DNA of 49,077 nucleotides from Octopus bimaculoides (Eukaryota). Below, in pieces: positions 1-11,180 of this stretch. Position numbers and translations under genes: made by a program. The stretch is taken from contig NC_069002.1 of NCBI RefSeq assembly GCF_001194135.2, positions 17,968,072 to 18,017,148 of the forward strand, given 5' to 3'. The stretch's first letter is position 1. Every line of letters starts with the position of its first letter. Below the pieces are notes generated by a model, which was given only the letters and a program-made list of their open reading frames with translations, had not been told where the DNA came from and did not search any database.

Positions 1-708
1 ACATGTGTAATGTCAGTATGCATACTTGACAGAGTGTAAGTACCTTGAGAGAAAAGTTGAACCTAAGAAGCATCAGTTGTAGCCAGCTCACTTATGTGTA
101 CTTTTCCTTCATGGGACACTAAACTCCGCTTGCGAAGACCTGTTGAGACAAGTGAAATCGAAATCGAACCAAATTCGATGACTGGCACCTATGCCAACCT
201 CTCCTTCATTGGACACTAAACTCGGCTTGCGAAGACCTGTTGGGGCATGTGAAATCGAAATCATGTTGGCACCTGTACCAGTGGAGCGCTAAGAGCACCG
301 TCCGAGTGTGATCATTGCCAGAACAGCTGTCTGGCTTCCATGCCAGTGGGATGTAAATAGCACCATTTGAGTGTGATTGTTACCAGCGTCTCCTTACTGG
401 AACTTGTACCAGTAGCACGTGAAAAAACATTCAAGCAAGGTCGTTACCAGTGCTGCTGGCACATAAAATACACCATTTTGAGCGTGGCCATTGCCAGTAC
501 CACCTGACTAGCCTTTGTGCCGGTGGCACGTAAAAGCACCCGCTACACTCTCGGAGTGGTTGGCATTTAGGAAGAGCATCCAACTGTAGAAACTCTGCCA
601 AATCAGATTGGAGCCTGGTGTAGCCATCTGGTTCGCCAGTCCTCAGTCAAATCATCCAACCCATGCTAGCATGGAAGGCGGACGTTAAACAATGATGATG
701 ATGATGAT
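1..708 (+). mobile_element. Non-autonomous RTE-derived retroelement with (GAT)n tail
   Basis: 1-80 resembles the RTE ORF end (CNVS.H..QSVSTLREKL..RSI); body closely matches 11181-11883; internal imperfect subrepeats; ends ACGTTAAAC(GAT)n. Confidence 0.8.
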
Positions 709-721
709 ATATATACACATA

Positions 722-1093
722 CAGACATGACAGAAGTAAATAGACAACCCCATAAAACATCGTTTTATGCTTATTCTAACTTGTAATGGTTTATATTTTT
801 TTATCAAATGACATTTTTATGTTTCAGGTTCTATATGTGACTGTTTAATATCATGCCACGTACAAAAGGAGCATCGGAACTGTCCGAATTTCAAAGAGGC
901 CATATCATGGGTCATTCTGAAGGTGGACATAGTCACTGTAAAAAACACAGAAAAACTTGGGATCCCACTTTCTACAGTTAACAGAGTGATTGTGTGATTC
1001 ACCAGAGAGGGGAAGGAGTTCAGATCAACCAGGGCCCTCTGACAGGACCCTTCTCTTTTGCTAAGAGAAGTGTGGAGGATAATCCTTGTTGCA
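722..1093 (+). mobile_element. Truncated Tc1-like transposon (left TIR + transposase N-terminus)
   Basis: TA|CAGACATGACAGAAGTAA start; homologous to the 5' part of 35228-36068; breaks off at a (TG)n tract. Confidence 0.8.
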
Positions 1094-1203
1094 TGTGTGT
1101 CTGTGTGTGTATGTGTGCGTGTGTGCGTGCGTGTGTGTGTGTATGTGTGTGTGTATAAATATACACACACACACCTCACCAAACAAGGTAGAAAACCAGA
1201 TGT

Positions 1204-2169
1204 TCAGATAAGCAACCTTGTTTTTCAATCTAGCACACATCTAAACCTTTTTTCAGCGCAGACCATAATTACCTTATTACTTCATTTCTTTATTCTATCT
1301 ATTTCATTATCTATCTATGTAAACACAGTTTCGTCTTCCATGCTTATGTTTAGAGAAAAAAAAACTTAAGATCCCTTCACTCGATCCAATTCTCCCTCTC
1401 TTTCACGCCCATTTATAATTCATTCATTTATCTAATTTTGTCACAGTTTGGCTGACCGAAAACTCTTAGTTATAACTCTAGTTAGGAATTCAAATGCTCA
1501 ATTCTATCTCATTATTATCATCAATATTCTCTCACACCGGCAGCTTGAGGTTTTGCTGTTTCGCGGTGCCCAATTCTATCTCATTATCAGAATAACTACT
1601 CTTTTTATTCCGGTGCATGGCAATATTAAACCCATTCGTTCAATTATGTTACCCTAAATCCCAAAATTCTGTCTCCTCGTGTCCTGTCTTCAACAAGCCT
1701 AACTCTGCTCTCTCTCTCTCTTTCTGTTTCGATAACCACTTGCTTCTCCTAACATTTTACTTCCATCCCCCCTCCACCCTATATAAACTAGCTCATTCAG
1801 ATTCCCCTACCTCATATTTCAGATAAGCAACCTTGTTTTTCAACCTAGCACACATCTAAACCTCTTTGTTCAGCACAGATCATAATTACCTTATTTCATT
1901 TCATTATTCTATCTATTTCATTATCTATCTATGTAAACACAGTTTCGTCTTCCGCACTGTATGTTTAGAGAAAAAAATAAAATTTAAGATCCCTTCGCTT
2001 GATCCAATTCTCCCTCTTTCTTCCTCTCTTTCAAACTCATTATTGTCATTTATTCATTCATTTATCTAATTTTGTCACAGTTTGGCTGACTGAAAACTCT
2101 TGGTTATAGCTCTAGTTAAAAATTCAAATACTCAATTCTATCTTATTATTATCATCAATATTCTCTCAC
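1204..2169. repeat. Direct repeat pair (~335 and ~350 bp) at 1204-1536 and 1818-2169 with ~280-bp spacer
   Basis: Both copies run from TTCAGATAAGCAACCTTGTTTTTCAA to ATCATCAATATTCTCTCAC with scattered substitutions and indels. Confidence 0.9.
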
Positions 2170-2203
2170 CAGTCTGATACTGTGCCTATTAAACATTTTA
2201 TGG

Positions 2204-2253
2204 TATTTACTCGATTTAACTATTTACTCGATTTAACTATTTACTCGATTTAC
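2204..2253. repeat. 17-bp tandem repeat (TATTTACTCGATTTAAC) x~3
   Basis: Read directly; lies at the 3' break point of the Penelope fragment. Confidence 0.9.
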
Positions 2254-3030
2254 AAAAGTGTTTATCAATTGCAATGCAAAATTTCATTAAATGTTGGAAG
2301 CTATTTGCCTATCAAATACTGCATTATACCACAATGTAGTCCTTGAATTATAACTACCTTAGGAGTTTCTATTATTTTAAGGAGTAGGTTTATCAATGTG
2401 AGAGTATTTCATTTTATCATGGGGCTTGTTTGCAGAGTTGATATTACCCTTGTCAGCATCATCAGTGTTCAATGTATTTCTATTTCAGAAGGGGTTTTTC
2501 CCATTCCTAATACCTGCTTATTAATTCTTTTACCATTATTTTTACTAGGGGGTTAAACTATATTTTCATTCACATGTTTATCTTTATTACTCTTAAGTTC
2601 CACACTTTATGGTTAGATCCAGTGTACCTAGCCCAGGCTTCTTCTGCTGGTTTTACTATATTCCTATGGGGTATTTTGTGTTGCTATTACTGTTCCATGG
2701 GTTATTAACTATAATACTTCAGGCTCCATTCATATTTGTATTCGTTGCAATTTGGTTCTCTGGTCTATATACCAATTGATCTTTATATCCTGTTTCCTCT
2801 AATACATTGTTATAATATTTTTTCATTTATTAAAGATTTCTTCATTTGCCAATAGTCAAGAGACACAGATAGAAATGTTATAGAGTGGATTCAGTTATAC
2901 TTTTGGGGTAATCATTGATTACTATTAAAGTTGATGTACTTGAGGTTGTTATTACATTTATGGTACGGGCTGGAGTACACCTGTACTCAAATCTAAAGTA
3001 ACATCCAACAGTTAAAATTAAAAGAAAAAT
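2254..3030 (-). mobile_element. Decayed Penelope-like element (RT thumb to RT/GIY-YIG linker)
   Basis: Frameshifted minus-strand peptides LDVTLDLSTG, PYHKCNNNLKYINFNSN, ANEEIFNK..YYNNVLEETGYKDQLVY, TTLWYNAVFDRQIASNI resemble PLE motifs FLDVTLDL, PYRKPN..YI..SNHP, WFNPPF. Confidence 0.75.
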
Positions 3031-3072
3031 TTGAAGATGTACCAGTCTCTGTATTCTTTGTAATTGTTTTGG

Positions 3073-3119
<47 letters not shown>

Positions 3120-3317
3120 CAGGGTAGCAAAGAAAATTTTAGAAATTTTATTTTACCACTAGTGGTCTAGCGAGGGTAAAAAAACAGTCAATAGACTATG
3201 TATTATTCATTTAAAATACAGAGATGCCTGTAATAGGACATCTAACCCACTAGAAATAGCAGCAAGACTACATACCACAAAAAGTAGGGATAATTTTGAA
3301 AGGGAATGAAAAATAAA

Positions 3318-3356
<39 letters not shown>

Positions 3357-3769
3357 GTACACAATTGACAGCTTCTTTCAGTTTCTGTATACTGAATCTA
3401 CTCACAACCAGTTTTCAAAATATATACCTTTATTAAATCAAAACAAATTTCTAATTTGTATACTCTCCCAAGACAAAACAAAATAACGATAATATTATTT
3501 AATTATCAATTAATTAGACACGTGGCAAAAATACGTTCCCCAATATTACCAATCACTCTGATTAAGATATTGTAACCAAAAGAAGATAAACCCAACAATA
3601 GCAGAGTTAATTCCATTTGGGAGTTGGAGAGAGAGGGGGGGAGAGAAGGGGGGATACCCTGCTTATTATATTAATGAATGGCTTCTTTGTAAGAGTTCCA
3701 TACAGCCAGACTGACATCTTATTGAAATAACTGTGGAGTTTGTGGAGTTTAATCTTAGGTACCCTAACA

Positions 3770-3945
3770 ACCACAAGGCTTGAACAACCAGTCTTTGCTT
3801 ATATTCCTGTAATTTAGTGGTTCAGTAAAAAGTGACAGAAAGAAAAACTATTAGTAATTAAAAAATAAGTGTGATTTGTTCAACTAAACCCTTCAAGGTT
3901 CCAGCCTGGCCACAGCCCTTTGATCAAAATAAGTTAAAGAATAAA
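3770..3945 (-). mobile_element. Decayed SINE 3' half
   Basis: Homologous to the SINE tail at 14939-15120 (CTGTGGCCA.GCTGGA...CTGAACC.CTAA.TTAC). Confidence 0.6.
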
Positions 3946-3954
3946 AGAACATAC

Positions 3955-4471
3955 TGATGACAGATGATGGTGGAATTTTTATAGAGGAAATTAAATACTT
4001 ACAATTCAAGTTGAAAATTTCTTTATCTAAAAGTCTACGATCAGCAGATTTGCAATCAAAGAGATTTTTGCACTTGGCAGCATTTAAATATTTCACAAGA
4101 CATTCTTCTGAGAATTTATGTTCATTAATGTCTGTCGTATTCTTCAGATCAAAAAGGGCTCCAAGATATCCAGGTCTATAATGTTGATTAATCATATAGT
4201 CATCTGAACGCATGTGATAAGGTTCGTGCAGTGGACTGAGGAACCAGTCTGCATATCCAGTATGCCTTGAATTATAGCATGTGCAGTTATCGCTCTTATT
4301 AAATTGTGTGCAGGATGTTGAGGGCTGTAGTTGTTGTGGTGATAATGATGATGAATTTTCCATCTTTGGTGCAATGCAATTGAATTCATTAAGAATTTTG
4401 TGAAGGTCATCAGTAACTTTGCTGAGTTGACTTGATATTCGTAAGTAGTCGGAATGTAGGTCTTCACTCAT
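3955..4471 (-). CDS. Candidate coding exon of an uncharacterised minus-strand gene (MSEDLHSDYLRISSQLSKV...KIPPSSVI)
   Basis: 172 stop-free codons in non-repeat-looking sequence; gccATG context; acceptor TTCTTCTAAG| at 4507; donor A|GTATGT at 3954 just before a decayed SINE that supplies the last 20 ORF codons; family not recognised. Confidence 0.55.
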
Positions 4472-4608
4472 GGCTAATACTTCTATACTCCAGTCTCTTG
4501 TATTTTCTTAGAAGAAATGTAGCAATGCACTAGTTAATATGCTCAAGTACAATTTAATTTCACTACTAAATATTTTTTATTTGTTTAGAAATACAAAATA
4601 TTATTGGT

Positions 4609-4997
4609 TTCAAATTTTGGCCCAAGGCCTGCACATTTAGGAGATAGGGTTAGTCAATTACATTGACCCCCCTCCACATACTTGAGTGGGACTTTGTTTT
4701 ATCAACTCTGGAGGGATGCAAAGCAAAGTTGATTTCAGTGAAAATTGAACTTAGAACATAATGGGCTAGAATGGAGGCTGCAAAGTATTTTTTTCCAACA
4801 CTCTAATGGTTCTACCAGCCTGCCGCATTAATGGCTTGATTTGGGCACAAGGCCAGCAGTTTTGAGAGGAGGACATCAGTTGATATCATCAACCCCAGGA
4901 TGAAGAGTGAAGTTGATCCTAGCAGAATTTGGATGTAAAATGTCAGAGGAATCACTGCAAAGCATTTTATTTGATGCCCAAATGATTCTGGCAGCTT
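4609..4997 (-). mobile_element. Two decayed tRNA-head SINE copies (same family as 30677-30888)
   Basis: Reverse-complement similarity to 30677-30888 at ~4609-4826 and ~4836-4997. Confidence 0.6.
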
Positions 4998-5419
4998 GCC
5001 ATCTTTAGAAATATGAAATTAAATGTTCGGATATCATAAGCTCCAAATATGAGGAAAACTATTACATCTTTTTTGTTTGTGTGTGTCAAATTGGTGGTTT
5101 AATGTCTAACATCACATTATGTTGGAAACAGCAATGATTAACTCTGTCATGTTGTGTTCCTGCTATAGCAGGAATAGCTTAAATGTCATCTCTGCTGGAT
5201 TCCTGGTTAAGCAATAATGAACAAGACACATAGAAAAAGAAGATGCAGCTCATTCTGTCCATTAGTTTGCTTGCAATCATTACTCATGCAACTATTTATT
5301 TTTTTTTTGCTTAGGAGCTCATGTGGGGGGAGGGGTAAAGTTATACACAAGGGCCCAGGTCTGAGAGGGTTAATTCAATCATTACTAAAATAACTGCTGT
5401 TCTTTCATTCAAACAGCAA

Positions 5420-5730
5420 CAACTGACTATGACATACAGAGTCCTGCAAAGATCCATGTGAGGAATATCATTGCAAGAGCATATCTGAAATGAGGCAATT
5501 TGAAAACAGGGTGGAGGGAATGATGTGATTGTTGAATACCAATAGCACAAGTTCTGCTGTGAAGAACATGTCTTAAGGCTTAGAAGTTGTGGAGTGGTGT
5601 CTAAGAAATTGGAAGAGAACATGTTGGATACCTCCAACACAATGGGAAAATGACATTCAAACAACTTGGGCTCAAATGGAAGAGGAGGATACAATCAAAG
5701 GAAGACTGGAAGTGCATTGTGACTAATGAT
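5420..5730 (+). mobile_element. RTE-clade LINE 3' end remnant
   Basis: Frameshifted NEAI.KQGG..DVIVE..., EWCLRNWKRTCWIPPTQWENDI, LKWKRRIQSKEDWK resemble the RTE C-terminus (EW.PR..KR.RGRP.TRW.DDI). Confidence 0.65.
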
Positions 5731-6013
5731 GTATAAAGAACATCTCATTAGTTGATAAAAGAGATTACTTGTATAATACATTCAGTACTAAAAACTAGTA
5801 GTTAAATAAATGTGTAAATAACTGAGAAGAGTTATTATTAAAAAAAAAAAAATTGATATTTTTACGACTTCAACCTGATTATACTCCAGCCTATACAAGG
5901 AAAAACAGACATTAAAATGCTGCCGTTGATATATATATATATATATATCTGACAGTACATATATCTGAAAAAGAAGCACACTCTAAAATCATTGGTTTCA
6001 CACCTATAAAGTG

Positions 6014-6566
6014 CTTAGCTGTATAGGTGACACATCAGACTCAAATGACTGGAGGCACATTACCTCTCTACAACTGGAGGGAGGAAAACGACAAGGTCAG
6101 TTAATTTGCTAAACAAAACATTCCAGAACAAAGCTTTGGGTGAGGTGGAGTTATTCCCTTTAGACCAGTATCAGTTATGTCTACAACAGGCCTTTTGAAC
6201 ACATCTGAGTCTGGCAGCATTTCCCTAGTCAGAGTTTTACACTTGACTTGGGGACCTTTTTAAACTTCAAAAAAGAGAGGTTTAGTCAGTACCCTCATCA
6301 GAGGAAATTTGAATTGAAATCATGGAATTCTCCATCTACCAACCAGAGAAATGCTGCCAGGCTCAGACATATTTGGCAGGCCCATAGTAGACATAATGGA
6401 TACCAGTCTAAGGGAAATAACTCCACCTCACCCCAAGGCATTGCCAGTAAAATTTCATTCCAGAATTGTTTTTTACCAAATAAACTGACCGAGACGTTTT
6501 CCTACCTCCAGTTGTAGAGAGATTATGTGCCTCTTATGAGTCTGATAAGTAATCTATACAGCTAAG
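6014..6566. mobile_element. Foldback/MITE with ~210-bp imperfect inverted arms (6014-6223, 6348-6566)
   Basis: CTTAGCTGTATAG...TCTCTACAACTGGAGG...GGTGAGGTGGAGTTATT...CTGGCAGCATTT recurs as reverse complement; no ORF. Confidence 0.85.
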
Positions 6567-7444
6567 TGACACTAACAGTTACTCTCTGACCAACCATAGC
6601 AAAGAACCTTCTAAATATAGTTATATATATATATATATTCTGTAAGAAAATAACGATGGTAGGTTGCGTGCCGTCGATTATTCTTTCACCCTCTTGGATG
6701 ATGTGTGTGTTTTGCTAATAATAGTATTGGTGATGGCAATAATGTGACCCTGATGAGATGGAGTATCCAGAAATTTGTAATATGTTGTAATTTGTTACAA
6801 TATTTTACGAGACATCTTATGATGTGGTTTATTTATCCGGGATACCCTATTGAAATGTGCATAGGTTTGGCTTATTGTGGTTGTTTCTGTTATTATAATT
6901 GTTGCTGCAATAAAGTATCTTCAATGCATTGATTTTGAGCTCTATCCTTTAAGAGACATTTATACATATATATATACAAAAACTCAACTGTGAGCCTTTT
7001 GCTAAGACTGTTAACAGATACTATATATTTTGTAAAATTTGTTTTATAAAAGTATATATTTAATATATATATATATATATATATAATTAACAAAAACCAT
7101 GCCTCAGGTAATCCATTTTAGATACACACACATGCAGTTGTGTGTGTGTGTAAGTTGTAATAATGAAGTCGAAACCAAATAGTGATATTTTGAGAGCATT
7201 TAATACATATACCTAAGGTTTACATAATATATAATAGGAAATGCATTCTTTACATAAACCTGTGTATGTATATATGTATGTGTGTGAGAGTGTGTATGCA
7301 TATGTGTGGGTGTGTGTGTCTGCACGTGTCTGTCTATATCATCATCATCATCATCATTAATAATGCATATAATTCCTCTTATGCACAACTTCTCTGTCAA
7401 TATACCAATGCTCTATTGCACATGCACACTGACATTGCACAAGC

Positions 7445-8010
7445 ACATTGACACTGCACATGCACACTGACGCTACACATTCAGTGGAGCATACTAATTT
7501 CGTTTCTCTCTAGCCTTCATATGTCCTATACATTCAGGGTCACATCTCACTACCATGCTGCATCACAGTTTGTGCACATGCATCATACAATCTTCCCTTC
7601 ACTCAGACAGAGAGAGACTTTTGGTTGCCAATAGAAGTAAAAGCTCTCTGAACTTTCTCCGTCCTAATCTTATTCTACCAATTATACTTTCTCTACAACC
7701 TCTTCCACTGCTAATTAGGTCACCCAGGCAGCAAAAATAGCCACCAGGACATTTAAGGAAATCAGTTTCCCATCTATCTGTGGTCTTTACGACTTCTGTA
7801 CATCTTCCATGTACAAACACTACTTGCTTTGTTAAGCTTAACCTCCCTACTATTCCATTGCACCTCTTGTAATGTTCATAGCTTGTACTAGGTACACTGA
7901 ATGGAATTTCTGCTTACACCTTTTCTATATATCGACCAGGACTATTAACCAGAAGAGTGAAGGGTCCTGTCCAGTATCTTTCTTACTAGGACCTTGGGCT
8001 TTGCTATGTT
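7445..8010 (-). mobile_element. RTE-clade LINE fragment
   Basis: ORF 7599-7820: FCCLGDLISSGRGCRESIIGRIRLGRRKFRELL; VNIAKPKVLVRK near 8000. Confidence 0.85.
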
Positions 8011-8084
8011 AACACATACACACACACACACACACACACAAGCACATACTGTACATATATATATATGTATGTATATGATATGTA

Positions 8085-8122
<38 letters not shown>

Positions 8123-8326
8123 CACACGCACATATACATACATATACACACAACTATCTATCTACATATATATAAAAACACAGACATACATATATACATA
8201 CAGACCTATATACAAACATACATACACACTTGTACATATGTACACACATGTAAATTTACGTACACACAAATATAAATGTAAAAAAATTAAATAGATAATG
8301 AAATTAAAATTATAATGCCTTCAATA

Positions 8327-9683
8327 GAGAACCCTGCTCTGTGATATGGTGGTCCCTGGGGAAGCTAGGGATAGACAAATGGCTTGTAAAAAGGAGTATA
8401 GGCCATGTACAGGGGTGCTGTTAGTAAGGTAAGAGTTGGCCATGGGTACACTGATGAATTTAGTGTACAGGTAGGTATCGACCAAAAGTCAAACCTCACC
8501 CTCCTCCTATTCTTCATTGTCCTGGAAGACTGGAAACCCATAGGAACTCATATGCTGATGATCTTGCCCTCATAGAAGAATCTGTAACAAAATTAAAAAA
8601 GAAATTCCAGGTGTGGAAACAGAACCTGGAATCTAAGGCTCTTAAAGTAAACTTAGCAAAGACCATTCACCCACCAAATAAATGGCCCTATCTGATATGT
8701 AGGAAGAATGTAGGCAGAAATTCCATTTGGTGTACTCAGAGCAAGAGGTGCTGTGGAATAGGGGAATTGTGGAATAGGGGAATCGTGGAATAGTTGGAAG
8801 GTTAACAGGGAAAGTAGTGTTTGTATGTGGAAGATGTATGGGAGCCATAAAGACCACAGTTACATGGGGAACTGATTTCTTTAAATGTCCTGGTAGCTCC
8901 TTGGAAGTTGTAGATAATTTTTGCTGCCTAGGTGACCTAATTAGCAGTGGAGGAGGTTGTAAAGAAAGTGTGATTGCTAGAATAAGAACAGGAAGGAGAA
9001 AGTTCAGAGACTTTTATCTCTGTTGACAACCAAAAGTCTCTCTCTGTTTGAGTAAAGGGAAAATTGTATGATGCTTGTCTATAAACTGCAATGCTGCATG
9101 ATAATGAGACATGGGCCCTGAATGCGGAGGATATGCGAAGGCTGGAGAGGAATGAAGCTGGTATATTTTGGTGGATGTGTAATGTCAGTGTGCATGTGCA
9201 ACAGAGCATTGGTGTATTGAGAGAGAAGCTGGGCATAGAGGAATTATATACAGAGTGCAAGAGAGGAGGCTGTGCTGGTTTGGTCATATGATGCAGATGG
9301 ATGAGAAGAGTTGCATAAAGAAGTGATGATCCCTTAAAGTGAAGGGATGTTGTGGAAGAGGGAGACATGGGAAGATATGGGCTGAAGTTTTGAAAACCAA
9401 TCTTAAAGGAGATGACAAAGGACTGAGATATGTGGTGCATTGCTGCTCTTGAGAAGACCTGCTCACCACAACAGAATTGAGACCCTAAAACCAAGGTACC
9501 CCATAAAAAAGCACCCAGTACACTTAGCAGAGTGGTTGGCCCTAGGAAAAGCATCAAGCTGTAAAAACCAAACCAAAACAGACTATGGAACCTGGTGTGG
9601 CACCTGGTGTGGCACCTGGCCTTATTAGTTCCTGTCAAGCCATCCAATCCATGCCAACATGGAAAACAGATGTTAAATGATAA
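8327..9683 (+). mobile_element. 5'-truncated RTE-clade LINE (RT C-terminal half + 3' UTR)
   Basis: YADDLALI at ~8551, WKQNLESKALKVNLAKT, FCCLGDLISSGGGC, MLHDNETWALNAEDMRRLERNE; RTE-type tail; many frameshifts. Confidence 0.9.
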
Positions 9684-9879
9684 TATATATACATATATAT
9701 GTACATATATGTATATATAGAGGCAATTATGCAGTTAAACAAATTAGACATATTAAATATAACAGTTTGGGTTTGAAATACAAAACATGTATATATGTAC
9801 ACATGCAAAATGAGAGAAAGCAAAAAGTTAAGACTTCCAGACAATGAATATTTAAGTATAAATATATAGATATTTATAT

Positions 9880-10000
9880 TAATAGCTTTTCATTGGGCTT
9901 ATGGTAGGGTTTAAATTTATCTAATTGTAAATCTAAGTTGATATCTACAAAAACCTACGTAATCCGTAAGCCCATTCTTAGGAAGAAAGTAATCAGATTC
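9880..10000 (-). mobile_element. Penelope-like RT fragment
   Basis: Minus-strand LITFFLRMGLRIT*VFVDINLDLQLDKFKPYHKPNEK matches the PLE RT motif E/thumb region; may extend to ~10200. Confidence 0.75.
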
Positions 10001-10289
10001 GTCATAAGTAATCTCGCATAAAATTTTTTTTAAACAGATATATCTTTTAATTTATTGATTTATTAATATTTTACAGCTAATTATTTACCCTGGATATTCA
10101 GGCCTTGTTCTTCTTTATAAGCTATTTTTAATTTAGGGTTTTCTTCGATTTTTTATAATATGATTTTATACTGCGATTTCTTATTGCATGCAACTGGTTA
10201 TTGAAAAGACCCTTAATTGAAAGGACCAATGAAACAAAACCATTTTCAAATGTGTATCCATCAAACTAATTGTATATTTATGCATATAA

Positions 10290-10605
10290 CCTTATTTTTG
10301 TTCCGTTCTAAACATAACTGTCTGACGAATGGGAACGTGAAACTCTGAAGAACAGTTTTTGTGATATTTTTGCTGCTTTTTAATAAAGCATAATACTCTA
10401 CCTATGGTATTTGAGTACTACTTTTTCCACCTTGTTTTGCATGCATGCGCTTACTCTGGTGTAACCCACTCCTTTTTTAGAAAGTTTGAGTGACTCTCCA
10501 TATGTAGGAAGAAGAAACAGTTGAAAGAAATGGAACTTTACCCATTAAATTTTCCTCTAAAAAATATACCCATACCGGCACAGAAGCAATACCTCAAGAG
10601 TCGCC
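10290..10605 (+). mobile_element. Penelope-like pseudo-LTR and ORF start
   Basis: Hammerhead-like core 10316-10357, AATAAA at ~10383, GT..AG 10407-10480, ATG 10530 giving MELYPLNFPLKNIPIPAQKQYLKS (cf. PLE N-terminal YSLKNIPIP...Y). Confidence 0.65.
10316..10357 (+). ncRNA. Type I hammerhead ribozyme-like motif, probably inactivated (U16.1 missing)
   Basis: Helix I AACTGT/ACAGTT; CTGACGA; helix II ATG-GGAA-CGT; GAAA; helix III CT-CTGA-AG; next base is A where U16.1 is required. Confidence 0.55.
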
Positions 10606-11180
10606 AGCAACCCGACCATGCAATAGGTTGTACTGGATTCCATGTTAACAGAATGATAGTGGAGGTGGCTATTAAGTGGTTAAAGGAAATAGCCACCTCC
10701 GCTACCATTCTGTTATTGAATGTTGATATGTTCGCATCTTCTTACTCTGGATGTCTACTAAATCAGGATTTTAACCCATATGGATCTATGCAGGATTGCA
10801 CCTAAGGACTTATGCTCATGGATCTATGCAAGATTGCACCTAAGGACTCATTCTCTTGTTTCTATAACTTCAGAAAGTTGAACTATGAACTTTGATGCTT
10901 CTTTTTCCTTCTTTCTTTCCATCTCCTTATTTTTTTACTCCCTTCCTCTGTCGTCGTCTCATTAATATATACCATTCTCATTTTCCCTATTTTTACTTAT
11001 CTGTCTCTGATGACAGAGTATTCCATACTCAGGGTTATCCCAGAAACAGTCTTAAAACTTAGAATTTTTTTCCCAAAATAATATTGTATACGACATGGGA
11101 TGTTTGCCTTTCCTTAATGTTTGTTGTCCTCTTCAACAATTATATAATAAAGGCCCAAGGGTCAATAATATATATATATA

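Noticed and set aside
817-1369. 121-aa and 103-aa ORFs
   Set aside because: Made of Tc1 antisense sequence plus (TG/CA)n microsatellite; low-complexity HT/VC translation.
3893-3954. Last 20 codons of the 192-aa ORF
   Set aside because: They follow a GTATGT donor and derive from a decayed SINE; treated as intron.
6280-6305. Minus-strand CTGATGAGGGTACTGACTAAAC in the centre of the foldback as a hammerhead
   Set aside because: No GAAA and no helix II; would need several assumed mutations.
7945-8294. Several 60-93-aa ORFs
   Set aside because: Translations of (CA)n/(TA)n/(TG)n tracts.
8937-9647. 236-aa minus-strand ORF
   Set aside because: Antisense to a recognisable RTE remnant; no protein-like features of its own.
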